Origin: an uncultured Alphaproteobacteria bacterium
GTDB taxonomy: Bacteria > Pseudomonadota > Alphaproteobacteria > HIMB59 > GCA-002718135
Assembly (NCBI GenBank): GCA_902602885.1
Contig: CACKSM010000002.1
Location: 9,410-73,409, forward strand
DNA: 64,000 nt
Reading direction: 5' to 3'
Shown: positions 1 to 9,106 of the stretch, in pieces
Layout: each line of letters starts with the position of its first letter
Numbering within the stretch: the stretch's first letter is position 1
The notes under the pieces: model-generated
What the model was told of the DNA's origin: nothing
The model's input: the letters and a program-made list of their open reading frames with translations, nothing else
Databases searched by the model: none
Program-made: the position numbers and the translations under genes

Positions 1-1
1 T

Positions 2-535
2 CATTCAATAAAGAATCAAGATTATGGTTTTGATTTTGATACACAGATTGGTGGTTTAAAGCAGATAAATTCTAAATCTAAAAATTGGAAAGAGTTCTAT
101 ACAGATAAAAGACTATCTTACATTTTTGATTTAGTTAACAAAAATAAGCCTATGGATAAATCAATTAATACTAAAATTGATTTATTGATTAAAAAAATGG
201 ATAATTTTATTCCAACTAATCCAAGGCCATCATTATTACACGGCGATTTATGGGAAGGAAATATACTTTTTAAAAATAAAAAATTTGTAGGTTTTATTGA
301 CCCGGGATCATTTTATGGTCACAATGAATTAGAAATTTCTTATTTGAGGTGGTTTAACCCGAAATTTATTGATAATAATTTTTTAGATAAATATAACGAT
401 CATATCAAAGTTGATAAATATTATTTAGAATATGAACCAGTTTATCAATTGTATTATTCATTATTAAATGTTTATTTATGGGATAGAAGTTATGTTGAGG
501 ATGTGCGTAGGTTATTAGATAAAATTAAAATATAA
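2..535 (+). CDS. Fructosamine/ketosamine kinase family protein (5' end cut by window edge)
   Basis: The frame is open from nt 2, so the ORF-track M at 152 is internal. The translation reads ...YGFDFDTQIGGLKQIN..W.EFY..RL... then PSLLHGDLWEGNILF..FIDPG, a kinase-like HGDLW.GN catalytic loop typical of the fructosamine kinase family. Confidence 0.8.
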   Translation, partial: HSIKNQDYGFDFDTQIGGLKQINSKSKNWKEFYTDKRLSYIFDLVNKNKPMDKSINTKIDLLIKKMDNFIPTNPRPSLLHGDLWEGNILFKNKKFVGFIDPGSFYGHNELEISYLRWFNPKFIDNNFLDKYNDHIKVDKYYLEYEPVYQLYYSLLNVYLWDRSYVEDVRRLLDKIKI

Positions 536-538
536 AGA

Positions 539-1591
539 TTAAACACAAGGATTAGGATCAGATAAGTGTATTTCCTCAATTTCTTTTAATATTTCTTTTG
601 AAAGCGTTATATCAATACTATCAATATTTTCTTTAAGCTGGTTCATGGTCGTAGCACCAATTATATTGCTTGTAACAAATGGACGATCATTTACAAAAGC
701 GTTAGCAAATGTAGATGGTGCTATTTCGTATTTTTGAGCAAGTTCAAAATATTTTTCTATTGCACTTTCTCCTCTTTCAGTATGGTGTCTGGAAAATCGT
801 CTTGGCCAAAGAGTATACCTTGCTTTTTCCGGATTTTTTCCCCCAATATATTTACCACTTAATCTTCCACCTGCTAAAGGGGAGTAAGCGAGTAAACCAC
901 AATTCTCTCTTATTGAAACTTCAGAGTTATGAATATCAAATACTCGGTTAACTAAACTATAAACATTCTGTATTGACATCATGCGTGGAAGATTTTTTTC
1001 TTTTGAAATTTGAAGGTATTTCATTACACCCCATGGTGTTTCATTAGATAAACCGGCATATCTAATTTTGCCTGATTTAACAATTTGGTCTAAATTATAT
1101 AAAACTTCTTCAACAGTAGTCCAATCATTATCACTAGCATCATATTCAAAATCTAAAATTCCAAATTTTGGAACCTTTCTTTCAGGCCAGTGTAATTGAT
1201 ATAGATCAATATAATCAGTCTTTAATCTTTTAAGGCTCTCATCTATTGCAGCATTCATATTTTTTTTATCAAAACCTAAACTTTTTGATCCTTCTCTAAT
1301 CCACTCAAGGCCATCTGATTTTGAAGCTATTTTTGAAGCTAAAATAATTTTGTCTCTATTTTTTCTTTCATGAAACCAATTACCAACTATTTCTTCTGTT
1401 TTGCCATAAGTTTCTTTTCTCGGCATGACAGCGTATAGCTCAGCCGTGTCAAAAAAATTGACACCTCTTTCAATTGCATAATCCATTTGATCAAAACCTT
1501 CTTGTTGACTATTTTGCTCACCAAAAGTCATTGTGCCTAAACAAATGACACTTACATCAATATCTGTATTACCTAATTTTCTATATTTCAT
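539..1591 (-). CDS. NADP-dependent aldo/keto reductase (Tas-like), copy 1
   Basis: 350 aa. MKYRKLGNTDIDVSVICLGTMTFGEQ, FFDTAELY, IDLYQLHWP and AYSPLAGG are AKR family signatures. Tandem paralog of the next gene. Confidence 0.9.
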   Translation of the reverse strand: MKYRKLGNTDIDVSVICLGTMTFGEQNSQQEGFDQMDYAIERGVNFFDTAELYAVMPRKETYGKTEEIVGNWFHERKNRDKIILASKIASKSDGLEWIREGSKSLGFDKKNMNAAIDESLKRLKTDYIDLYQLHWPERKVPKFGILDFEYDASDNDWTTVEEVLYNLDQIVKSGKIRYAGLSNETPWGVMKYLQISKEKNLPRMMSIQNVYSLVNRVFDIHNSEVSIRENCGLLAYSPLAGGRLSGKYIGGKNPEKARYTLWPRRFSRHHTERGESAIEKYFELAQKYEIAPSTFANAFVNDRPFVTSNIIGATTMNQLKENIDSIDITLSKEILKEIEEIHLSDPNPCV

Positions 1592-1609
1592 TTTTTATAT
1601 ACATAATTA

Positions 1610-2659
1610 TTACACGCAAGGATTTGGATCATAAAGATGAATATCTTCAATTTCTTTTAACATATCATTTGATAATGTGACATCAATACTATCTATATTT
1701 TCTTTAAGTTGCTCCATTGTTGTAGCTCCAATTATATTGCTTGTAACAAATGGACGATCATTTACAAATGCATTAGCAAAGGTTGAGGGTGCTATGCCAT
1801 ACTTATTAGCAAGATTAACATATTTTTCGATAGCATTTTCTCCTCTCATTGTATTGTGTCTATCAAAGCGATTTGCCCATAATGTAAATCTTGTATTAGG
1901 TGGATTTTTACCACCAATATATTTTCCACTTAATCTTCCACCTGCTAAAGGGGAGTAAGCGAGTAAACCACAATTCTCTCTTATTGATACTTCAGAGTTA
2001 TGGATATCAAAAATTCTATTTACTAAACTATAAACATTTTGAATAGACATCATCCTGGGAAGATTTTTTTCTTCAGATAATTTCATATATTTCATCACGC
2101 CCCAAGGTGTTTCATTAGAGACACCTATGTGTCTTACTTTTCCTTGCTTAATTAAATCTTGGAGGCAAGATAACACTTCTTCTAACTCAACCCATGAATC
2201 TTCAGGATCATATTCAAAATCTAGTTTTCCAAACTTTGGTACTTTTCTCTCTGGTGCATGAAGTTGATATAAATCTATATAATCAGTTTTTAATCTTTTA
2301 AGACTGCCATCAACAGCTTCATTAATATTTTTTTTATCAAAAATTAGATTTGGTCCCCCATCTCTAATCCAACTATTCCCTTCACTTTTTGCACAAATTT
2401 TAGTTGCTAAAATTACATCTTTTCGTTTATTGTTTTGAGCAAACCAATTACCAATTATTTCTTCTGTTTTGCCATAAGTATCCGCTCTAGTTGGTATAGA
2501 GTAAACCTCAGCAGTATCAAAAAAATTGACACCTCTTTCAACTGCATAATCCATTTGTTTAAAACCGTCTTCTTGGTTATTTTGTTCTCCCCAGGTCATT
2601 GTCCCTAAACAAATAACGCTTACTTCTAAATCTGTAGTCCCTAGTTTTCTATACTTCAT
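1610..2659 (-). CDS. NADP-dependent aldo/keto reductase (Tas-like), copy 2
   Basis: 349 aa, collinear with copy 1 and carrying the same AKR motifs. Long blocks are identical at the protein level (NLPRMMSIQNVYSLVNR.FDIHNSEVSIRENCGLLAYSPLAGGRLSGKYIGGKNP). Confidence 0.9.
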   Translation of the reverse strand: MKYRKLGTTDLEVSVICLGTMTWGEQNNQEDGFKQMDYAVERGVNFFDTAEVYSIPTRADTYGKTEEIIGNWFAQNNKRKDVILATKICAKSEGNSWIRDGGPNLIFDKKNINEAVDGSLKRLKTDYIDLYQLHAPERKVPKFGKLDFEYDPEDSWVELEEVLSCLQDLIKQGKVRHIGVSNETPWGVMKYMKLSEEKNLPRMMSIQNVYSLVNRIFDIHNSEVSIRENCGLLAYSPLAGGRLSGKYIGGKNPPNTRFTLWANRFDRHNTMRGENAIEKYVNLANKYGIAPSTFANAFVNDRPFVTSNIIGATTMEQLKENIDSIDVTLSNDMLKEIEDIHLYDPNPCV

Positions 2660-2729
2660 ACTATTTTTACAAAATGCCTTGAAATTGTCGGATTTATAGC
2701 GATATTAGTAATAATTAAAAGGAGAAATT

Positions 2730-3482
2730 ATGGCTTTAGACTTTAATCAACGATCTTATACTAAATCAGTAGATCAGGCGGCAATTGATGAAGGCTTGAG
2801 AGCGTACATGCTTAAAGTCTACAATTACATGACAATTGGCTTGTTACTTACTGGATTTATTGCTTACTTTTTTGGAAAAGCATCCATAGTTACTAATGAA
2901 ATGGGTCAAATCGTGGGTGTAACTCAAGTGGGTGCATTACTTTTTGGATCTCCACTAAAATGGATCGTTATGCTAGCTCCGCTAGGATTTGTTTTTTATT
3001 TGAGTGCTAGAATTAATAGGATGTCAGTATCCGCAGCTCAAATAACATTTTGGTTATTTGCAAGTATTATGGGATTATCTCTCGCTTCAGTATTTATTGA
3101 ATTTACTCAAACTTCTATAGCAAGGGTATTTTTCATTACTGCAGGTACATTCGGTGCGATGAGCTTGTATGGATATACAACAAAAAGAGACTTAACAAAA
3201 CTTGGTGGTTTCTTATTTATGGGACTAATTGGTATTATTATTGCGAGTGTTGTTAATATTTTTGTTGGTTCAACAGCATTACAATTTGCAATATCCGTTA
3301 TTGGTGTTCTAGTATTTGTAGGATTAACAGCATACGATACTCAAAATATCAAAAATATGTATTACGGTAGTGATAGTGAAGAAATAGGATCAAAAAAAGC
3401 ATTGATGGGTGCATTAAAACTGTATTTGGACTTCATAAATCTATTCATATTATTACTACAATTATTTGGTCAAAGAAGATAA
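2730..3482 (+). CDS. Bax inhibitor-1/YccA family inner-membrane protein
   Basis: 250 aa with about 7 hydrophobic helices. N-terminus ...GLRAYMLKVYNYM..GL and a charged C-terminal tail fit BI-1/UPF0005. Strong SD (AAAGGAGA) lies 6 nt upstream of the ATG. Confidence 0.85.
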   Translation: MALDFNQRSYTKSVDQAAIDEGLRAYMLKVYNYMTIGLLLTGFIAYFFGKASIVTNEMGQIVGVTQVGALLFGSPLKWIVMLAPLGFVFYLSARINRMSVSAAQITFWLFASIMGLSLASVFIEFTQTSIARVFFITAGTFGAMSLYGYTTKRDLTKLGGFLFMGLIGIIIASVVNIFVGSTALQFAISVIGVLVFVGLTAYDTQNIKNMYYGSDSEEIGSKKALMGALKLYLDFINLFILLLQLFGQRR

Positions 3483-3513
3483 TTCTTTAAAAACCCAAAT
3501 ATCTTTTTATTAT

Positions 3514-3543
3514 ACCCAGTCTTTTAAAGACTGGGTTTTTTTA
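3514..3543 (+). terminator. Rho-independent terminator after the BI-1 family gene
   Basis: A 10-bp perfect stem (acccagtctt / aagactgggt) with a 3-nt centre is followed by a T7 run. The next gene's ATG (3543) abuts the T tract. Confidence 0.75.
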
Positions 3544-5348
3544 TGTCTAACTTAGAAAATAAACTAAAAAAAATAGTTAATACATTTAACAACATAGATA
3601 AAAATGTTGCCTACGAAGATATTAAAAAACTATCAACAAAATACCATAAAAATATTAATGTTCTAAATGTGCTATCACAAATAGCACAAAAAATGGGTGA
3701 TGTAGATACGACAATAAATTCTTTAAAAAAAATTTTGTTAATCGATAAGAGTAATATCGTATGTATATCTAAAATTTATAAATTACTCTTAACCAAATCT
3801 CTATTAGATGAAGCATTAGCAAATATTAATTTAATTCTTAGAATAGATAAAGATCATTATGAAGCAATTCGTGATAAAGCTTACATCTATTTTTTAAAAA
3901 ATAATTTTAATAAAGCAAAAAAATACATAGATAATATTTCAAAATTAGAAGAGAAAGATTTCTTTGCCTATAATATCAAAGGGTTGATATATTTTAAAAA
4001 TAGTAACTTTCATGAAGCAAAAAATTATTTTGAGCAAGCAATTAAGATAAATAGTAAATATGTTGATAGTTATAATAATTTAGGCATTTGTTTACTTGAA
4101 TTAGAGAAATTAGATGAAGCATATACAGTATTTAAAAATGCTCATGAGATTGAATCTGATAATTCTAAAACAATAGTAAATTTAGGCAATGTTTTAAGCC
4201 TTCAAGATAAAGTATTAGAAGCTATAAAAATTTACAATAAAGCATTAGATTTAGACCCAAATAATCAAGAAATTTTATCTAATATAGCAATATGTTATTG
4301 TAGAGAAAATAAAGAAAAAGAAGCTAAAATTTACTACGATAAGGCAATTAAAATTAATCCATACGATTATAAGCTAATGTATGCTTATTGTACTTTACAA
4401 TTAAAATTGAATAATTTTTCAAGTTCATGGAATTTATTTGACTCAAGATTATTGATTGAAAAAAATAAAGTCAAATTAAATAATTTTGAACTAGTTAAAA
4501 AAAATCTGTTTGCCAATTTAAAAATAAATTCAGAAAATAAATTACTAATTTTAAGAGAACAAGGAATTGGTGAAGAGATTTTATTTGGTTCTATATATAA
4601 AGATATGATTAATAATTTTAAAAATATTAAAATTGAAGCTGATAAAAGACTGGTATCAGTTTTTAGTCGATCGTTTCAAAATGATATTTTTGTTGAAGAT
4701 GGATACTATTCAAATAATTCAAAGATATCTGAATTTGATAATGTAATATACGCTGGAAGTATGATGCAATTTTTTAGAAAAAGAAAAACTGACTTTAATA
4801 ATAGTAATTATCTATTAGCTAGAAATGATATTATTGCTGAGTACAAAGAAAAACTATCTAATTGCAAAGAAAAACTAAAAATAGGTATTTCATGGAAAAG
4901 TGTTATAAATATTTATGGAAGTTTAAAATCACTATCTATCAAAGATTTTGAACCATTATTCACCAGGGATAGACTAATTATAAATTTACAATATGGAAAT
5001 ATTGAGAATGATAAAGAATATTTATCTAGTCAGAATAAATATTTAAAAATATTTGATGATTTAGATTTATTCAATGATGTTGAATCTTGTATGGGTTTGC
5101 TAAAAAACTTAGATTTGTTTATAACAGTTAGTAACTCAACTGCTCATTTTGCAGGAGCGCTTGGAATACCTACAATATTAATATGTCCAAAAAAATCATC
5201 AACGTATTTCTATTGGAATACTAGTAGTGAATCTTCAATATGGTATAAAAATATAAAAGTTTTAGGAATAGAAAGCTCAATAAGTGAAACAATTGAGCAA
5301 ATAAATAATATTGTGGAAAAAAATAATGAATTTAGTTTCTCAAATTAA
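3543..5348 (+). CDS. TPR-repeat protein with C-terminal GT9-like (heptosyltransferase-fold) glycosyltransferase domain, copy 1
   Basis: 601 aa. The N-terminal ~290 aa are 34-residue TPR-like repeats (A..YF..A..I.P...). The C-terminal part carries LILREQGIGEEILFGS, GISWKS, NLQYG, DLFND and TVSNSTAHFAGALGIPT, resembling the GT9 donor-binding region. Confidence 0.7.
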   Translation: MSNLENKLKKIVNTFNNIDKNVAYEDIKKLSTKYHKNINVLNVLSQIAQKMGDVDTTINSLKKILLIDKSNIVCISKIYKLLLTKSLLDEALANINLILRIDKDHYEAIRDKAYIYFLKNNFNKAKKYIDNISKLEEKDFFAYNIKGLIYFKNSNFHEAKNYFEQAIKINSKYVDSYNNLGICLLELEKLDEAYTVFKNAHEIESDNSKTIVNLGNVLSLQDKVLEAIKIYNKALDLDPNNQEILSNIAICYCRENKEKEAKIYYDKAIKINPYDYKLMYAYCTLQLKLNNFSSSWNLFDSRLLIEKNKVKLNNFELVKKNLFANLKINSENKLLILREQGIGEEILFGSIYKDMINNFKNIKIEADKRLVSVFSRSFQNDIFVEDGYYSNNSKISEFDNVIYAGSMMQFFRKRKTDFNNSNYLLARNDIIAEYKEKLSNCKEKLKIGISWKSVINIYGSLKSLSIKDFEPLFTRDRLIINLQYGNIENDKEYLSSQNKYLKIFDDLDLFNDVESCMGLLKNLDLFITVSNSTAHFAGALGIPTILICPKKSSTYFYWNTSSESSIWYKNIKVLGIESSISETIEQINNIVEKNNEFSFSN

Positions 5349-7113
5349 TATTATTCTCAAAAGATTTGAAGAGGGTGATAAATTAAAAAGTTATCAAGAG
5401 CTTCAAAAAATTTTTAAAAAAAATAAAGATAATAATTTATTACGTTATAACTTAGCAGTTATTCAGCAAAATCTAAACTTTAATAAAGAAGCTAGAATTA
5501 ATTATAATCATTTAATAAAAGTTGAAAAAAATCTAAAAGCAATGATTAATCTTTACAATATGGATATTGTGGAAGCAAATTATTATGAGGCACTAAATAC
5601 AATTGAAAATATTTTAAAAATAAAGACAATTGAAAATGTAGAAAAAGACAAATCTTTTGTTCTTTACAAATTGAATAGAATTGAAGAAGCGAAAAAAATT
5701 TGCATATTTTATCTTAAAAAAAATAATAAAGATTTAGTTTCTTTAAGTATAATAGGTCAGTGTCTATTTCATGAGGGTAATTATGATGAAGCAATAAAAA
5801 TATTTGAAAGTATTTTACAAATAGACTCAAAAAATATCTCAGCATTAAATTCTTTAGCGAGAACATACCATGAAAAACATGAAAAAGTAAAAGCAGAGGA
5901 ATATTATTTAAGAGCATTAAAGATCGATAAGTTATCTTTTGTTGTATTAAATAATATTGCAGGATTTTATAGAGAAGAATTATCTTATAATAAAGCTATA
6001 GATTATTACAATCAGGCTCTTTTAGTAAACCCAAATAATGCTTATATCTATAACAATTTGGCAAAAATTTATTTTGATTTAAATGATCATCAAGAAGCTA
6101 TGAAAAATAGCTTTAAAGCCTTAGAAATGAAAAATAATGATGGCGATATTCAAAAAACTATTTCTTTTATTTATCTAAAGGATAACGATTTTGAAAATGG
6201 TTGGAATTACTTTGATGGAAGATTGGATTTAGAAGATTTTAGAGAGAAAAATAACTATGTTAAAAAAATAAATAGCAAAATATATAGATCAAGTACCCTG
6301 AATAATAAAAGAGGTAAATTTTTAATTGTGCGTGAACAGGGAGTTGGGGATGAAATTCTTTATAGCTCTATGTATGGAGATCTTTTAAATGATATTGATA
6401 ATGTAATTATAGAATGTGATTCTCGTTTGTTAAATATCTACAAAAGATCATTCCCAAAATATAGTGAAAAATTTGTTAGTCTTGGATCTATTACAAATGA
6501 TGATGAGAAGTTTAAAAAAATTAATAATTTAATTTATGCTGGAAGCCTGGGAAGGTATTATCGTAAGAATATTAAAGATTTTAAAAATAATTCGTTTTTA
6601 AAAGTAGATAAAAGAAATTTTGAGGATATGCAAAAAAGATTGTCAATTTATAAAAAAAAATACAAAATTGGATTATCATGGAAGAGTTTTAATAATAAAT
6701 TTGCTACGGACAAATCGCTTAACCTCAAAGATTTTAATAAAATTTTTAATCTTAGTAACTGTCATATATTTAATTTACAATATGGAGATGTAAAAAATGA
6801 AATTAATAGTTTCAATAAAAATGCAAAAAATAAATTACTGGAAATAGGGGGTCTAGATTTGTTCAATGATTTTGAAGGTATTGCTTCGCTATTAAAGTCG
6901 CTAGATGTATTTGTTACAATTAGTAACAGTACTGCCCATCTAGCTGGAGCATTGGGTGTGAAAACAATTTTAATTAAGCCAGAAAATTTTGCTGTTTTTC
7001 ATTATTGGAATCAAAAAACAGATAATACGCCTTGGTATAATTCCGTTAGTTTAGTTGATAAAAAAAACTTTTTAAAAAATTCTAAATTTTTCAATAATAT
7101 TTTAGGTATTTGA
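5311..7113 (+). CDS. TPR-repeat protein with C-terminal GT9-like glycosyltransferase domain, copy 2
   Basis: 600 aa paralog of the preceding gene (LIVREQGVGDEILYSS, GLSWKS, NLQYG, DLFND, TISNSTAHLAGALGVKT). The track start at 5311 is TTG; the in-frame ATG at 5326 is the more likely start. Confidence 0.7.
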   Translation: MWKKIMNLVSQINIILKRFEEGDKLKSYQELQKIFKKNKDNNLLRYNLAVIQQNLNFNKEARINYNHLIKVEKNLKAMINLYNMDIVEANYYEALNTIENILKIKTIENVEKDKSFVLYKLNRIEEAKKICIFYLKKNNKDLVSLSIIGQCLFHEGNYDEAIKIFESILQIDSKNISALNSLARTYHEKHEKVKAEEYYLRALKIDKLSFVVLNNIAGFYREELSYNKAIDYYNQALLVNPNNAYIYNNLAKIYFDLNDHQEAMKNSFKALEMKNNDGDIQKTISFIYLKDNDFENGWNYFDGRLDLEDFREKNNYVKKINSKIYRSSTLNNKRGKFLIVREQGVGDEILYSSMYGDLLNDIDNVIIECDSRLLNIYKRSFPKYSEKFVSLGSITNDDEKFKKINNLIYAGSLGRYYRKNIKDFKNNSFLKVDKRNFEDMQKRLSIYKKKYKIGLSWKSFNNKFATDKSLNLKDFNKIFNLSNCHIFNLQYGDVKNEINSFNKNAKNKLLEIGGLDLFNDFEGIASLLKSLDVFVTISNSTAHLAGALGVKTILIKPENFAVFHYWNQKTDNTPWYNSVSLVDKKNFLKNSKFFNNILGI

Positions 7114-7803
7114 ATTAAACTTTTTAGAAAGATATTCATCTCTTTCCAGCAGCCATTCATTTGCAAATTCAACATCTTGCCATTCGGAAAACCAAGGTCC
7201 GCCTCGTGTATAATGAACTGCATAAGGTTTTTTATTGTTATGACCTGAAGTCCAACCCTCTAACCAATTCCATCTTTCATCTAAAGAACCAATTTCATCA
7301 TCTTTGCACCATTTAAATTGATGGAGATATGCGCCAGTTTCATTATTTACTTTTTCAACCGTAAGGTTCTTTGTGCTTGGATGAGAGCAATTGTATAAAA
7401 TAAAGCTAGACCAATTTTTTCTCGGGTAAATAGTTTGTTTTTGTCCATCCATCTTATGTTTTTCTTTAGGTGTGTAGTCATGTTGAACACAATAAACCGC
7501 TTTTGACTCATCAAGATTATTTAATAAATTTGAAACATCTCCTAAGAAAATAAAATCACAATCACAAAAAACTGCCCAACCTTGATAATTCATAAGTTTA
7601 GGAACTAAAAATCTGGAATAGGTGAATTGTGTAGAAGCTAATGGATCAACATTTCTAGTATATAAATTTTTAGCTATAAGTTCGTCTAGTTTTAAAGAAA
7701 CAACGCTCACATCAATACTAGAACGTTTTAAAAGTGAATGTTTACAAACTCTGTAAGCAATATCTTCTTTAGAATCATATCCTATAAAGAAATGTAGTTT
7801 CAT
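7102..7803 (-). CDS. Putative nucleotide-diphospho-sugar (GT8-like, GT-A fold) glycosyltransferase
   Basis: 233 aa. TQFTYSRFLVP.L..YQGWAVFCDCDFIF gives a DxD-type motif (DCD) after the FxR segment seen in GT8-like enzymes. It is convergent with the TPR-GT genes and overlaps them by 12 nt. Confidence 0.55.
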   Translation of the reverse strand: MKLHFFIGYDSKEDIAYRVCKHSLLKRSSIDVSVVSLKLDELIAKNLYTRNVDPLASTQFTYSRFLVPKLMNYQGWAVFCDCDFIFLGDVSNLLNNLDESKAVYCVQHDYTPKEKHKMDGQKQTIYPRKNWSSFILYNCSHPSTKNLTVEKVNNETGAYLHQFKWCKDDEIGSLDERWNWLEGWTSGHNNKKPYAVHYTRGGPWFSEWQDVEFANEWLLERDEYLSKKFNSNT

Positions 7804-7804
7804 A

Positions 7805-9106
7805 TTAATTATTATTTTGTCTTAGCATTTTATGAGTTGTCCAAACAAGAGAATTATAATTTCCAGAATTTGATAAAGCACTCCATTCATCTTGAGTTTG
7901 ATTTGAAATTCTACAAATCCATGTATCTTCTATACTAGCATTTTCAGCTCTCATGATCCAAGCATCACTTTTCTGTTTATCATTATTTTCTCCGAGCTCT
8001 ATATCTGACATAAAATAACAAATTTCTTTTGATGGATTAACTCCAATCATACCTGATATATTTTTTCTAGCAACATCCCAGTTTGAATTTTTTATAGCAA
8101 AATAAATTAAAAGTTTTTTGGATTCATCTTCGCTAGCATTATTGTTAATTATTTCATTTATAAATTTTATCTTGGTAAGATCATTATCATTAAGTATTTT
8201 TATTATGATAGAACGAAGCAGAGAGTTTGGATTTAAACTCCAATATTTCTTGATTAATTTTTTAAGGTTTCTTTTATCATTTAAACCAGCAATAATTTCT
8301 AGATGAAGCTTTACGTATGGAGGAAAATTTTTTTTCAAATCTAATGCTTTCAAAATATTTTTTAATGAATCTTTAATATCACTATCATATTTTATTTTAG
8401 CTATTTCATAAAATCCTACTGATTTATTTTCATTTAAATCATTTTTACTTATTATTTTATGCGAAAAAGCTTTATCTGATAATAAAACTATTTGATTCCA
8501 GTTTTTTGTTTTTGCAGCAATAAATATTAGTGTATCATAAAGTTTTTCAATATTTGGATTAATTGAAAATAATTTTTCTCCATATAAGAAGGCATGATGA
8601 TAATCTTGATTTCTTAAATTTTGTTCCATTAAACCTCTATATCCAAGTGTTTCGGTTTTTTTTGATTTAATCATATCTTCATAAATATTATTTAATTCTG
8701 GAAATTTTTTTTCAATCTTTAAAACTTCAGCCTTTAGTAACAAAGATAACGATGGATCATCTTTGAGATAACTAACCATTTTTTTATGTGATTTTAAGGC
8801 TGTCTTGTTATCTTTGTTTGCAACAGCTATCATTGCGTCGACAAAGTGTAAGTAACCTTTTTCGATTTTATTATATTTATTTTTTAAGAAATATTTACCG
8901 AGTGAAAGTCTTGATCGGAAAAATAAATAAAACACCAAATATAACAGAAAAATAAAAGATATAAAAAAAACGGAAAGTAAATTTGAAGAAAAAGAATATT
9001 TTAAATTTCCTATATCTAAGGATATAATAAATGGATTGGTAAAAATAAAAGTGAGTGCTATGATTAATATTAGAAACTGCAATACAAAAATTGATAATCT
9101 ATACAT
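7805..9106 (-). CDS. HemY-like (heme-biosynthesis-associated TPR) membrane protein
   Basis: 433 aa. Two N-terminal TM helices are followed by a TPR-like helical region. The architecture and the position downstream of a HemX-like gene match the alphaproteobacterial HemY_N family. Confidence 0.6.
   Translation of the reverse strand: MYRLSIFVLQFLILIIALTFIFTNPFIISLDIGNLKYSFSSNLLSVFFISFIFLLYLVFYLFFRSRLSLGKYFLKNKYNKIEKGYLHFVDAMIAVANKDNKTALKSHKKMVSYLKDDPSLSLLLKAEVLKIEKKFPELNNIYEDMIKSKKTETLGYRGLMEQNLRNQDYHHAFLYGEKLFSINPNIEKLYDTLIFIAAKTKNWNQIVLLSDKAFSHKIISKNDLNENKSVGFYEIAKIKYDSDIKDSLKNILKALDLKKNFPPYVKLHLEIIAGLNDKRNLKKLIKKYWSLNPNSLLRSIIIKILNDNDLTKIKFINEIINNNASEDESKKLLIYFAIKNSNWDVARKNISGMIGVNPSKEICYFMSDIELGENNDKQKSDAWIMRAENASIEDTWICRISNQTQDEWSALSNSGNYNSLVWTTHKMLRQNNN

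Noticed and set aside
715-1958. ORFs 715-951 (+) and 1677-1958 (+) inside the two aldo/keto reductase genes
   Set aside because: They are antisense to well-supported AKR coding sequence. The translations are low-complexity and hydrophobic with no motifs. They are mirror-frame artefacts of the conserved paralogous segment.
2679-2708. Possible sigma70-like promoter (TTGAAA, 18-nt spacer, TATTAG) upstream of the BI-1 family gene
   Set aside because: Hexamers of this quality occur everywhere in this AT-rich sequence, and nothing supports it beyond position. I left it unannotated.
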